A stretch of DNA of 64,000 nt from positions 1 through 64,000 of the forward strand of contig VJWM01000282.1 in assembly GCA_010909165.1 (NCBI GenBank), written 5' to 3'. The notes below the pieces were generated by a model, which was not told the DNA's origin, ran no database searches, and saw only the letters and a program-made list of their open reading frames with translations. The DNA comes from Anthoceros angustus. Taxonomy: Eukaryota; Plantae; Anthocerotophyta. Position 1 is the stretch's first letter, and the number at the start of each line of letters is the position of its first letter. The position numbers and the translations under genes were made by a program. This document shows positions 35,759 to 48,882 of this stretch, in pieces.

Positions 35759-38700
35759 TCACGGTCGACCCTTACAACTGCAACAACCAGCTGTGAATCG
35801 ATGCACACGGTGCCCATCCCTTACAACAATGTCTCTCCGTTCAAGCCTTGACATTATCTCCGTGGAACTGTGGCAGTCACTGCACATGAGTAGGTTCTTA
35901 GTTACCACCAGAGGTGTCCCACTCGGAGTGTTCAAGAGACCAAACGCCAGAGCCAGTTTCTCAGCATGCCCACAAAGCACACCTTCCTTGTCCTTCTCAC
36001 ACAGTGGCTTCAACACCAACTTCGTGTGAGGTACATGGCCTCCTTCCTGCTTCAAACGTGCATTCGTGCTCTCCACCTTCAGTGCAATATCCTCCCTCTT
36101 TTCTCCCACCAGAAATCTGTGTACCTCCTTATTCACCTCAATGGTAGCCACTGCAGGTTTCTTGCTAGCTCCTGCTGCCTTTCTTAGTGTTTCAATCCTG
36201 TCTACATCGGCCCACCTACCTGCATCTGCATAGGCATTGGCCATGAGCACATATGCGGGGGCCTCCTGGTGGTCCAGCCTGACTATGCTTTCAAAACACC
36301 ACATTGCCCTCTCTATATCCCCGTGACTTTTGCAGGCATTCAACAAACTCATCAAGCCGACAACATTACTTTCGCCCTCAAAGGATAACAGCATCTTCTC
36401 TGCCTCGTCTAAATGGCCAGCACGCCCAAGAAGATCAATCATGCAGGTGTAATGCTCAATAGTGGGTTTGATGCCATGCTGTTCAGTCATGGAATCAAAG
36501 TACTTGCGACCCTCTTGGACTAGTCCCCCATGACTGCATGCTACTAGAAGGCAAGTAAAAGTAGCATCATTAGGCTGAACACCAGCAACTAACATCTCCT
36601 CAAAACAAGCTAGTGCATTGAGACCTTCATCACAAGTACCATACCCAGATATCAGGGCATTCCATGTCACCACATCCTTTGTGGCCATGCTGTCAAAAAC
36701 CTGGCGTGCATCTTCCAGTTCACCACATTTTGCATACATGTCCACCAGGCAGTTGCCCACAACGTCATCCAGCAGTCCTCTTTCGACAATCTGTGAGTGC
36801 AGCTGCCTGCCCTTCTGTAAGGCACCAGTGCTTGCACAGGCCTTCAGAAGGCAAGCAAAAGTAACATGGTCAGCCAAAATGAGGCCCTCCTCCATTTGTC
36901 CATACAACAAGCGCCTCTTGGCCAGTCCTTGCTGTGCATACCCAGCAATCAGGGCGGTCCATGCCACCACATCCTTTGTGGCCAAACTGTCAAAAACCTG
37001 GCGTGCATCGTCCAGTTCACCACATTTTGCATACATGTCCACCAGGCTGGTGCCCACCACTACGTTATCCAGGAGCCCTCTTTTGCCGATCTGTGAGTGC
37101 AGCTGCCTGCCCTTTTGTAAAGCACCAGTGCTTCCACAGGCCTTCAGAAGGAAAGCAAAAGTCACATGGTCTGCCAAAATGGCCTCCTCCATTTGTCCAT
37201 ACACAAGCCTCTTGGCAGTCCTTGCTGTGCATACCCAGCAATCAGCGCTGTCCATGTCACCACATCCTTTGTGGTCAAGACTTCAAAAACCTGTCGTGCA
37301 TCTTCCAGTTCACCACATTTGGCATACATGTCTACCAGGCAGTTCCCCAGCACTCCGACATCCAGCAGTCCTCTTTTGATAATTTGTGAGTGCAGCTGCC
37401 GGCCCTCCTGTAGGGCACCAGAACTTGCACAGGCTTTCAGAAGGCAAGCAAATGTAACATGATTAGCCAAAATCTGGGCCCTCTGCTCCATTTGTCCATA
37501 CACAACAAGCGCCTCTTGGCCAGTCCTTGCTGTGCATACCCAGCAATCAGGGCATTCCATGTCACCACATCCTTTGTGGCCATGCTGTCAAAAACCTGGC
37601 ATCTTCAGTTCACCACATTTTGCATACATGTCCACCAGGCAGTGCCCACCACAACGTCATCCAGCAGTCCTCTTTCACAATCTGTGAGTGCAGCTGCCTG
37701 CCCTTCTGTAAGGCACCAGTGCTTGCACAGGCCTTCAGAAGGCAAGCAAAAGTAACAGTCAGCCAAAATGAGGCCTCCTCCTCCATTTGTCCATACACAA
37801 CAAGCGCCTCTTGGCCTAGTCCTTGCTGTGCATACCCGGCAATCAGCGCTGTCCATGTCACCACATTCTTTGTGGCCAATCTGTCAAAAACCTGGCGCGC
37901 ATCTTCCAGTTCGCCACATTTCACATACATGTCCACCAGGCTGGTGCCCACCACTACGTTACCCAGCAGTCCTCTTTCGACAATCTGTGAGTGCAGTTGC
38001 CGGCCCTTCTGTAAGGCACCAGTGCTTCCACAGGCCTTCAGAAGGCATGCAAAAGTAACATGGTCAGCCAGAATGAGGCCAGCCTCCTCCATTTGTCCAT
38101 GTACAACAAGCGCCTCTTGGCCAAGTCCTTGCTGTGCATACCCAGCAATCAGCGCTGTCCATGTCATCACATTCTTTGTGGCCAAGCTGTCAAAAACCTG
38201 GCGTGCATCTTCCAGTTCGCCACATTTCACATACATGTCCACCAGGCAGGTGCCCACCACTACGTTACCCAGCAGTCCTCTTTTGACAATCTGCGAGTGC
38301 AGTTGCCGGCCCCTCTGAAAGGCACCAGTGCTTCCACAGGCCTTCAGAAGGCAAGCAAAAGTAACATGGGTAGCTAAAACAAGGCCCGCCTCCTCCATTT
38401 GTGCATACACAACAAGCGCCTCTTGGCCGAGTCCTTGCTGTGCATACCCAGCAATCAGGGCAGTCCATGTCACCACATCCTTTGTGGCCATGCTGTCAAA
38501 AACCTTGCGAGCATCTTCTACTTTGCCACATTTTGCATACATGTCCACCAGGCAGTTGCCCACCACAACGTCATCCAGCAGTCCCCTTTCCACAATCTGT
38601 GAGTGCAGTTGCATGCCCGTCTGTAAGGCACCAGTGCTTGCACAGGCCTTCAGAAGGCAAGCAAAAGTAAAACAGTCAGGCAAAATGACGCCTGCCTCCT

Positions 38701-40178
38701 CCATTTGTCCATACACAACAAGCGCCTCTCGGCTGAGTCCTTGCTGTGCATACCCAGCAATCAGCACCGTCCATGTCACCACATCCTTCGTGGCCATGCT
38801 GTCAAAAACCTGGCGTGCATCTTTCATTTTGCCACATTTGGCATACATGTCCACCAGGCAGTTGCCAACAAATAAGTTAGTAGGAATGCCGCTGTGCACC
38901 ACATCACAGTGTACTTTTCTGCCAGATTCTGAGTCGGCGGCAAATGCACAAGCTTGAAGGGCAGCTACAAAGACGTGAGCATCCGCCTTCACTCCTGACC
39001 TACACATCTCATGGTACAGTTGTACAGCCTCACTAGGTTTCCCATGCTTAGCGTATGCAGATATGGAAGACCACATGAAGGCATCTGGTTTCACCCTGGT
39101 GAGCACACCCATGGCCTCCTCTAGCCTACCTCCAGATGCATACATGCGCAAGATATGGTTCCCCAAGTATGCACTCGACTCGTATCCAAGTTTGACGGTG
39201 AGATCATGAACCCGTCGCCCCACAACCAAATCCTTATTAGCTGTACACAGTTTCAGCACAGTGTAAAGTAGAGTCTGAGAAATAGCACAGTCTGTCTGCG
39301 CAAGAGATTCCAGGGATCCAACGGCCTCAGAAAGCTTCCCCTGCTGACATAACAGGCTCACGGTTCCAGCCGTGACGACGCCCATTTCCGATCCTTCACG
39401 CCTGCCAGGTTCAGGCTTATCCGGAGCTCGACTTGGAAGGAGAGGGACCCATGCATATCCAAGGAAACGAGCTGCTCATCAACCCAAGCTGGCTTGAACA
39501 GGTTGTTCAACCACAGAACCTCGCCGGACCCCTTACGCCGGAAGTCAGGCGAACGGGAGCTCTTCTTATCTCGTCTGTTGTCCCACCACATGGTGGGGTC
39601 CAGAAAAAATTGTTGCCCCAAGTGCTCCTCTTCCTGGCAACGACCATCGTCCCCACTCACACATTTTCCCGGACGTGCCAGAGTTGGGTTCCTTACACTG
39701 CCCATGGAGCCCATTACGATCCTTCACGCCTGCCAGGTTCAGGCATATCCGGAGAGCTCGACTTGGAAGGAAGCACCTGACCCATCTGCAGATCCAAGGA
39801 AACAGCTGCTCATCAACCCAAGCTTAAACATGTTGTTTAACCACAGCACCTCGCCGGACCTTACGCCGGAAGTCAGGGGCGGGAGGTCTTCTTATCCCGT
39901 CTGTTGTCCCACCACAGGGTAGGGTCCAGAAAAAATTGTTGCCACAAGTGCTCCTGCTCCTGGTAACGACCGGCATCGCTGGAAAACCCGTCCCCACCCA
40001 CACACGTTCTCGGAAGTGGAAGTGCTGGGCTCCTCACACTGCTGCACCTGGGGGCTTTGTTTGCCAGGGGTTGGCTCCCTAAGATGAGGTGAGCGGGAGC
40101 TCCTAGTAGAATCCCTGTACACACATCGATTGCAATTTGTTGGGTCCAAAACGGGTCCGGTTGCCATACTGTGGCCAT
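35759..40178 (-). CDS. Two PDF motifs + PLS PPR + E1/E2 + DYW:KP (GRP) protein, candidate U-to-C editing factor (frameshifted in this assembly)
   Basis: ORFs 39873..40178, 39358..39714, 37610..39385, 37162..37560 and 35759..37255. Seven ~306-bp PLS triplets; KKPAVATIEV, HAEKLA, CSDCH, CSCKGRP; N-terminus MATVWQPDP paralogous to the 14225 gene. Confidence 0.88.
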
Positions 40179-41122
40179 CGTTCAGGGACCGCTATCGGAA
40201 GATGAGTCTCACAACAGACTATGCCAGGATGCCCAAGTACTGTGCATGATCGCATCATACACCATACGCATCCGAGCTGGCTCCGCTGCCGCAGCCTAGG
40301 TAACATAAAGTTCCCTTGGCCGCTGTGCGGTTTTGCCGTCCCAGTTGGTGGTGTTTGTGGGTGTCCCAAGACGGAACAGAGTGACAGCGTTGGTCAATTT
40401 TGGAGCTTGAATTGGGAGAGGAGGGCCCAAGCAAATAGCTGCATGGTCAGCCGAAATGGGCAGCCTAGACTAAGACTTTTCGGCTATTTTCTAAAAACAA
40501 TGTTTTATTAAAGATTATTTTATCCTTCTATGCTCGATTTAACTAATTGGACTTTGCGAAGGTGGATCGGGTTCGTCCGGACCCCACCAGGCGCGTTTCA
40601 AACGGTGCCTCCAACTGGGTCGCGCGCTGAAGAGTATGCTAGGGCGGTTCGGGCTTTTCGCCGGTCGAGCGGCTGCCTCAGGAGACCATCGCTACTCTTG
40701 GCGCCCTTCATCCGGGCCCAAGGAGCTCCACTTCACGGGATATTCGGGACTTCATCCTGCAGGAGCTCTTCTCTTGACAAGGCCATCTTGATGCCTTAAC
40801 CTCGCCTCTTTGGGTGGTCATGCTGAACGGTCTGACCACCTTCGGACCATTTACTCCACATGGATCCTTTTAGCGGTTTTCCCGAGCTGTTTGTCGTGCG
40901 AGGTGAAGGCAAGGAAAGTGTCCCGAGTCTTTGGGGCACTGGGATTGCTAGAGTCCCTCATGGTGGGACACTCGGGACTAATTCAGGTGGCCGCCATTTA
41001 TGGCTGCCACGTAGAGGCATGTCCCGGGAGTCCCCAAGTATTTGGGGCGCCGAGTGTTAGCCACTGCACATATGGGACCGCCGGATCGATCAGGAGTCCC
41101 CAATCACACACACACATTCATC

Positions 41123-43690
41123 ACAGTCTGTCTGCGCAAGAGATTCCAGGGATCCAACGGCCTCAGAAAGCTTCCCCTGCTGACATAACAGGCTCACGGT
41201 TCCAGCCGTGACGACGCCCATTTCCGATCCTTCACGCCTGCCAGGTTCAGGCTTATCCGGAGAGCTCGACTTGGAAGGAGAGGGACCCATGTCCATATCC
41301 AAGGAAACGAGCTGCTCATCAACCCAAGCTGGCTTGAACAGGTTGTTCAACCACAGAACCTCGCCGGACCCCTTACGCCGGAAGTCAGGCGAACGGGAGC
41401 TCTTCTTATCTCGTCTGTTGTCCCACCACATGGTGGGGTCCAGAAAAAATTGTTGCCCCAAGTGCTCCTCTTCCTGGCAACGACCATCGTCCCCACTCAC
41501 ACATTTTCCCGGACGTGCCAGAGTTGGGTTCCTTACACTGCTGCCCATGGAGCCCATTACAGATCCTTCACGCCTGCCAGGTTCAAGCATATCCGGAGAG
41601 CTCGACTTGGAAGGAGAAGCACCTAGACCCTTCTGCAGATCCAAGGAAACAAGCTCCTCATCAACCCAAGCTGGCTTAAACATGTTGTTTAACCACAGCA
41701 CCTCGCCGGACCCCTTACGCCGGAAGTCAGGGGAGCGGGAGGTCTTCTTATCCCGTCTGTTGTCCCACCACAGGGTAGGGTCCAGAAAAAATTGTTGCCA
41801 CAAGTGCTCCTGCTCCTGGTAACGACCGGCATCGCTGGAAAACCCGTCCCCACCCACACACGTTCTCGGAAGTGGAAGTGCTGGGCTCCTCACACTGCTG
41901 CACCTGGGGGCTTTGTTTGCCAGGGGTTGGCTCCCTAAGATGAGGTGAGCAGGAGCTCCTAGTAGAATCCTGTACACACATCGATTGCAATTTGTTGGGT
42001 CCAAAACGGGTCCGGTTGCCATACTGTGGCCATCGTTCAGGGACCGCTATCGGAAGATGAGTCTCACAACAGACTATGCCAGGATGCCCAAGTACTGTGC
42101 ATGATCGCATCATACACCATACGCATCCGAGCTGGCTCCGCTGCCGCAGCCTAGGTAACATAAAGTTCCCTTGGCCGCTGTGCGGTTTTGCCGTCCCGAA
42201 GTTGGTGGTGTTTGTGGGTGTCCCAAGACGGAACAGAGTGACAGCGTTGGTCAATTTTGGAGCTTGAATTGGGAGAGGGAGGGCCCAAGCAAATAGCTGC
42301 ATGGTCAGCCGAAATGGGCAGCCTAGACTAAGACTTTTTCGGCTATTTTCTAAAAACAATAATTTATTAAAGATTATTTTTATCCTTCTATGCTCGATTT
42401 AACTAATTGGACTTTGCGAAGGTGGATCGGGTTCGTCCGGACCCCACCAGGCGCGTTTCAAACGGTGCCTCCAACTGGGTCGCGCGCTGAAGAGTATGCT
42501 AGGGCGGTTCGGGCTTTTCGCCGGTCGAGCGGCTGCCTCAGGAGACCATCGCTACTCTTGGCGCCCTTCATCCGGGCCCAAGGAGCTCCACTTCACGGGA
42601 TATTCGGGACTTCATCCTGCAGGAGCTCTTCTCTTGACAAGGCCATCTTGATGCCTTAACCTCGCCTCTTTGGGTGGTCATGCTGAACGGTCTGACCACC
42701 TTCGGACCATTTACTCCACATGGATCCTTTTAGCGGTTTTCCCGAGCTGTTTGTCGTGCGAGGTGAAGGCAAGGAAAGTGTCCCGAGTCTTTGGGGCACT
42801 GGGATTGCTAGAGTCCCTCATGGGTGGGACACTCGGGACTAATTCAGGTGGCCGCCATTTATGGCTGCCACGTAGAGGCATGTATGTCCCAAGACGGAAC
42901 AGAGTGACAGCGTTGGTCAATTTTGGAGCTTGAATTGGGAGAGGAGGGCCCAAGCAAATAGCTGCATGGTCAGCCGAAATGGGCCTAGACTAAGACTTTT
43001 TCGGCTATTTTCTAAAAACAATAATTTATTAAAGATTATTTTTATCCTTCTATGCTCGATTTAACTAATTGGACTTTGCGAAGGTGGATCGGGTTCGTCC
43101 GGACCCTGCGCAGGCGCGTTTCAAACGGTGCCTCCAACTGGGTCGCGCGCTGAAGAGTATGCTAGGGCGGTTCGGGCTTTTCGCACGGAGTCAGTGACGG
43201 CTGCCTCCGAGGAGACCATCGCTACTCTTCGCGCCCTTCATCCGGGCCCAAGGAGCTCCACTTCACAGGATATTCGGGACTTCATCCTGCAGGAGCTCTT
43301 CTGTCTTGACAAGGCCATCTTCGGTCGGGCCTTAACCTCTGCCCCGCGCCTCTCTTTGGGTGGTCTGTCTGGAACGGTCTATGACCACCTTCGGGACCAT
43401 TTTACTCCTGAGGATCCTTTTAGCGGTTTTCCCGAGCTGTTTGTCGTGCGAGGTGAAGGCAAGGAAAGTGTCCCGAGTCTTTGGGGCACTGGGATTGCTA
43501 GAGTCCCTCATGGCTGGGACACTCGGGACTAATTCAGTCGAGGGTGGCCCGCCATTTATGACAGGGCTGCCACCCTGTAGAGGCATGTCCCGGGAGTCCC
43601 AAGTATTTGGGGCGCCGAGAGTGTTAGCCACCTGCACATATGGGACCGCCGGATCGATCAGGAGTCCCCAATACCACACACATTCATACA
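41123..43690. repeat. Tandem re-duplications of the 5' end/upstream region of the 35759-40178 gene (41123-42883 repeats 39288-~41020; 42884-43690 repeats 40362-41120)
   Basis: Near-identical blocks with indel differences; junction microhomologies ACAGTC and TGTCCC; ORF 41090..42022 shows both PDF motifs in one frame. Confidence 0.88.
43185..43450 (+). mobile_element. CRE-like non-LTR retrotransposon fragment (pre-RT region); degraded copies at ~40660 and ~42520
   Basis: EETIATLRALHP...RALTSAPRLSLGGLSGTVYDHL resembles the 'L..LHP ... S..G.SG....HL' segment preceding RT in CRE-type elements. Confidence 0.45.
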
Positions 43691-44376
43691 GTCGATTTCT
43701 CCAAACTGAACCACATACATAAGTCTTTAGCCCAGCTGAACAACACATTGCAAATTATCACAACACAAAGCTGCTTCATTAGAGGGATTTCAGCACAAAA
43801 TTAGCGGACTCACTAAAACCAAATCGCGGCAGACAAAATGAACATCTTCCCTACACCCCATTGGGAGCAACACATAAGGGGCAATACCACAGTGCTCCGG
43901 CACCTCTTGGAGTGGTGGATCAAGGTGACAAATATTGGGTTGGTGTAGACCAATTGCTATTAAAAAATTACATTATTATTAAACATATAAGCGCAAAGTA
44001 TATGAAACGTTAACTGTACTTAAATTATTATGAACAGACATGACCTCTCACTAAGGGACGTAACCCTAATGAAGGGGTAAGTAAACTAATAATATCTATG
44101 TACACACACACTATAAATGCTGATATTACTGAGCCCTAATGAATCAGCTGAAACTTTTGTGAGCGGAAGCTCGTTAAATTGCAAGAAGGAATAAAGCAAT
44201 TAATTAAAAGTTGAATACAAAATTGTCTTAAGTATTTCATGTGAGCAGGTGTGACCATTCACCACTAACCAAGATAACTAAATAATAACTGGTAGGTTAA
44301 CAAGAACCTTTTCACACTCTAACACTCCCACTTAACCTAAGCAGGTAATTATTTATTCACCACTCCAAGAAACTTC

Positions 44377-44495
44377 GAGTAAATATGGGTAAATATGGGT
44401 AAATATGAGTAAATATGGGTAAATATGGGTAAATATGGGTAGATATGAATTAGATACGAGTAAATACGGGTAGATACAGGTAGATACGGGTAAAA
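44377..44495. repeat. 10-bp minisatellite (GGGTAAATAT-like) x~11
   Basis: Read directly; lies between 18-bp direct repeats ATTCACCACTCCAAGAAA (44355, 44803). Confidence 0.88.
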
Positions 44496-47400
44496 ATACC
44501 GTTATGTACCCATGACCATGCACATGTAGGGGTAATGAAGGTTGTTGGGCATTAAAGCCCATACACCTTCACCCCGTGAAAGCGGTATCCCGCGCCAGCT
44601 TCAAAACACACCAGCCATGGACCCGAAAAACAAGAGAACGCGGGCGAAGCCATCAGCTCGACGCGGAAGGTATCTGCCCAGAACGATGGAGGGAGGACGG
44701 GCGTGCACGGCGCGGATGAGTGTGGGAGGTCGTTTGAAATCTTGCGGGCGCCAACAAAGCGGCGGTGCGGGCGCATGGTATGACGGTAAGAGACGGACCA
44801 CCATTCACCACTCCAAGAAATCTTGATGTCTGACGAGATGTCCGCGGGCCCTCGCGGATCAAGCGCGGCTGACTCCTCTGGCGATAGGAGCGGAAGCAGC
44901 AGTGCGACCTCACCACTCAAGCTTGTGTCTTTGCTTCTTTGTTTCCTGTAACCGTGCTTTCTCCCATGGCCCATAAGGGATGCACCCTCCAATGGAGACA
45001 TCCTGAATAAGAGATGCATCTTCAAACGGAGACAGACACAACGAGCATCTGGGCATGAGACATAGCCGTGTAGTTGTAATTGCAAACCCTATATCTCTGC
45101 TTCATATCCTATTTTTGTTTTTCCTTGTAAGAAGTGCCTGCAGTTAATCATAGCGTGTGTATGAACATGTAGAGACAGAAGATGTTCCTCACGAAGTCAC
45201 AGGCCCTCAAGACCCATGACATCGGGCTCCGGACGTGCCAACTTGAGTATGCTGCCCCCATCCCGTTTATCCTCCTAGGTCACCTCGGATACATGGCCAA
45301 TGGAAAAACTCCGTAGAGGTCCGATGCGTGTTGATCCTAACCGTCATCCAGATGTGAGATATGACCATAGACACTTTGAGGAGGATAGAGAAAAGATCCT
45401 GAAGGAATAATTATTGTTTATGTGTTGACTCATGCTAGGGTTATGTTACCTTAGTTTAGTTAACCTATCTGATGTGTAAACTAGGTCTAGTCACCTAGTA
45501 CCCTTTCGGTAGGGTTGTGACTCTTACAGTGGGCGTAACACTTGGTATCTTAATTAGGTTGTTTTAAGCATAAGCAAGTTACTCTTTTATTTGATCTTTC
45601 AATTCAATCAATAATGTAATTGTGTTTTATTAATTCAATTCACATAAAATCTTCATGGTATCGAGCAGGATAGATGGAGATGCATCTAGTATGCACACAC
45701 AAATTTTCTGCATTAGAAGATGTGCAGAAAGATGTGTTTTATTATTGTTTTGAATAATAACATGTTCTTGAAAAGGAACTTTTAAAGAAACATCAAGAAA
45801 TGAATTTTGTGTTGTTTTTCTTTAAAAATCTATACAAATTCTTGCTGCATTAGGTAGCCATTCTAGCGTGCATTCATTGAATTGCTCCCTTGAGCAATTG
45901 CAATGAACATACACTAGAACAGCTGCCCAATGGGCAAAATTATATATAGAAAAATACAAAAGAAATATAAGATGCAGAATTTCTGCACTTATAAAACACA
46001 AATCCTTGTTCTGGCACATGGCCAATTTAGATGCGCACCAGCAGTGGCCGCAACACCCTGCTACTCAGAATCATCCTAGGCAAAATAGGTCAAGAATTGC
46101 TGATGGGCACACAATTGCTTCTCGACATTCGCATCCTACAATGGAGCCAACAAAACCAAAATAGACCTATGCAAATTGCTGATCCGAGACGCATTTAATA
46201 CTATTGTGGAATTTCTCTATCCTCAAGAGAACTGGTGTTTACTCTTCCTCCAAGAAATCCACTAAATTTGCCAGAAGTGCGTGTACAAAGAGCTTTTGAT
46301 GGAAACGGGCAGCCCGTGGTTTCATCACAACTCAAGCTGCCACAAACACGAGTGTCAGCACAATAATTAATCGCATCGAAGCAAATAACAGGATAGTGGA
46401 CAGACGCTGCACACAAATTAATGGACACTTGTCTACAGCAAGCGTTGACTTACAGGATCTGAAGGAGCAAGTTGCACACTTGGACTACAAATGGTTATCT
46501 TTGAAGCCCGAGATGCTCAAAAATCCGTGTTGAAACACGCTAAACACGCAGTAAGACAAATCGTGAGCGAAGCTTAGCTCACTTAACTCGTGTCCATCTT
46601 GCTCCACGTATGCCTACAATAGGTTCGAGATGAGGAGCTCCAAAATTGCAGCTACGAGGAGGATCTGGGATCAAAACCGCAACACCGTAATCAACAAGCG
46701 TTATGAGCGGTCCGATCGACGGTTTTGGGGATATATTCAATACTGAATTTGAACACGAGGTCGAACAACAAGCCATAAATATGGCAAACGCACCTCAACT
46801 CCAAACTATGGAGGTAATGAATCCTTCAAGGAGAAGGATCGGTTCAATGGCAATGACTTTGACATATGGCGATCCGGATGGAGGGTCCTCGAAATGAGGG
46901 GGCGCCTCAAACATGCAACCGGAAGGTAGTGAAACATTTAGGATCTTGGGAGAAGAAGAATGGTTAGCTAAGGATAGCGGAGCCAAGTACCTCATTCGCA
47001 GTGGCCTGACAACTGAAATGTTGAGGCAGACAGCGGGGGTGGAAACTTCAGCCGAAATCATGGATCGTCTAAAGGAACTCTACGCAACAACATCGCAACG
47101 AACTAATCACAAGAAAGCAGGGAAACAACAGGCCCTGTACACCTCAAATCAAGGGCGAGGAGGCAAGAAATCCTTCTCCAGAGGAGGTGGTGGAAATCCT
47201 TCCAAGGGAGGTAGCTCAGGATCCTCATGGGAAGAAGACTAAAAAGCCGGCACAACCGGGTGCAAGCCGCTGGACATTGGGAAAAAGAGTGTCGCAAAAG
47301 CAAGCTGGAATTCCTCAAGGAGGCACCAGCGCCAATGTTGTGGTAAAGAAGGCTAATACCCCATCAGCTCTTCTTGGGACTAGGAGTTGCTAGTCCATTC

Positions 47401-48882
47401 TTGCTTCCACTTGCCTTTCGCCAAAGCTAATGAAACCAATAGATGAATGGTATTTAGATACGGCATCACATCCGCTTTGATAGAAATGCTTTCAAAACAT
47501 ATAGGTCTTTTCGGATCGGTATGTTTACCTTGGGGACGACAGTCTCTAGTCTCACAGTGTGCTTGCAGTTGAGTTGCTAGTTCCTGAGGATCACACTCAT
47601 GTTGTTAGAAGTCTACTATGTGCGAAATGACTAGAAACCTTATTTGATCAGACGATTGAATGCAACAATCCACGTTGTTTTCACTAGGATGATTGTAGAA
47701 TCATCGATGCTATTGACCCTAGAAAGGTCCTTGCACATGGGTCTTGGACCACGATCATTCCGTCTCCATTTGCATGGAATAGCGAGTCCCACGACACAAG
47801 ATGTCTCCTTGCATCCGCACAACAAAGAAAGTCTAAGTTGTGGCATGCGCTTGGGTCACCCTCACATGGCAAAGCTGCAAAAATTTGTGAGTGACCAGAA
47901 AGATGGACCTATTGGCCCTTTGGCCATACCTTTATGTGAGGCTTGTGTGTTGTCGAAGAAACACCAAGCTGCCTTCAAGAACAAAGCACCTCATCGTCGA
48001 TGATCTCCTTGAGCTTGTACATCTTGACCTATGTGGACCCTTATCTCAAGCGTCCATAGGAGGTGGACGTTATTTTCTAACGTTCTGAGATGACAGCGGT
48101 TGTCACCACCTATATCACGAAGAACAAAAGCGAATGTTTCTCCTACTTCAAGGAATACATCAAATTAACGTTGACGGAAAAAAACTCAAGACGAGATCGA
48201 TAATGGCGGGAATTTACATCTAATGAATTCCAGCTCAAAGATGAAGGCATTGACGCCAACTCACCGTCGTATACACTCCACGCAGAATGGAGTGGCGGGC
48301 GCTTGAACCTCACATTGCGGAGATGGTCTCCTCATTGTTACATGATGCTCATTTGCCACTACCCTAATGAGGCTTTGATGACTTCAACTTTTCTCGAGCA
48401 GTTACCCACCACCGCAGCTTGAAGGCAAAACTCCTTATGAGGTTTTAGTGAAGCCCTCTATTCAACACTTGAGGACCTTCCTGTCTCGCATATGCCTTCA
48501 TCCCTAAGCGAAGCGATAAGGTATCGGATAAGTCGGATAAGGCACGCAAGCTTATGCGGGTATCTGAGAGGGATTAAAGCTTACAAGCTCTATGATGTCC
48601 CCACAAACAGAGTCATCTATGCTCGAAGTGTTACATTCGATGAAACCAGTACTTGGGCATCAGTGGGAGCACACACTCATGTTCCCACACCTGAAGATAG
48701 TGAGGAAACTTATGAACTCTCTCACTATGACCTGACAGATCATGGCACTCTTGCTCATACTCCACCTGTTGAGGAACATGCTCCTGCAGGAGGGGGCAAT
48801 CAGGCAGTGTTAGGCGAAGAACAACGAACTGACATTCAACCGAATGCCACGCCAGATACAGGATCACATTCCTCAACCGTAT

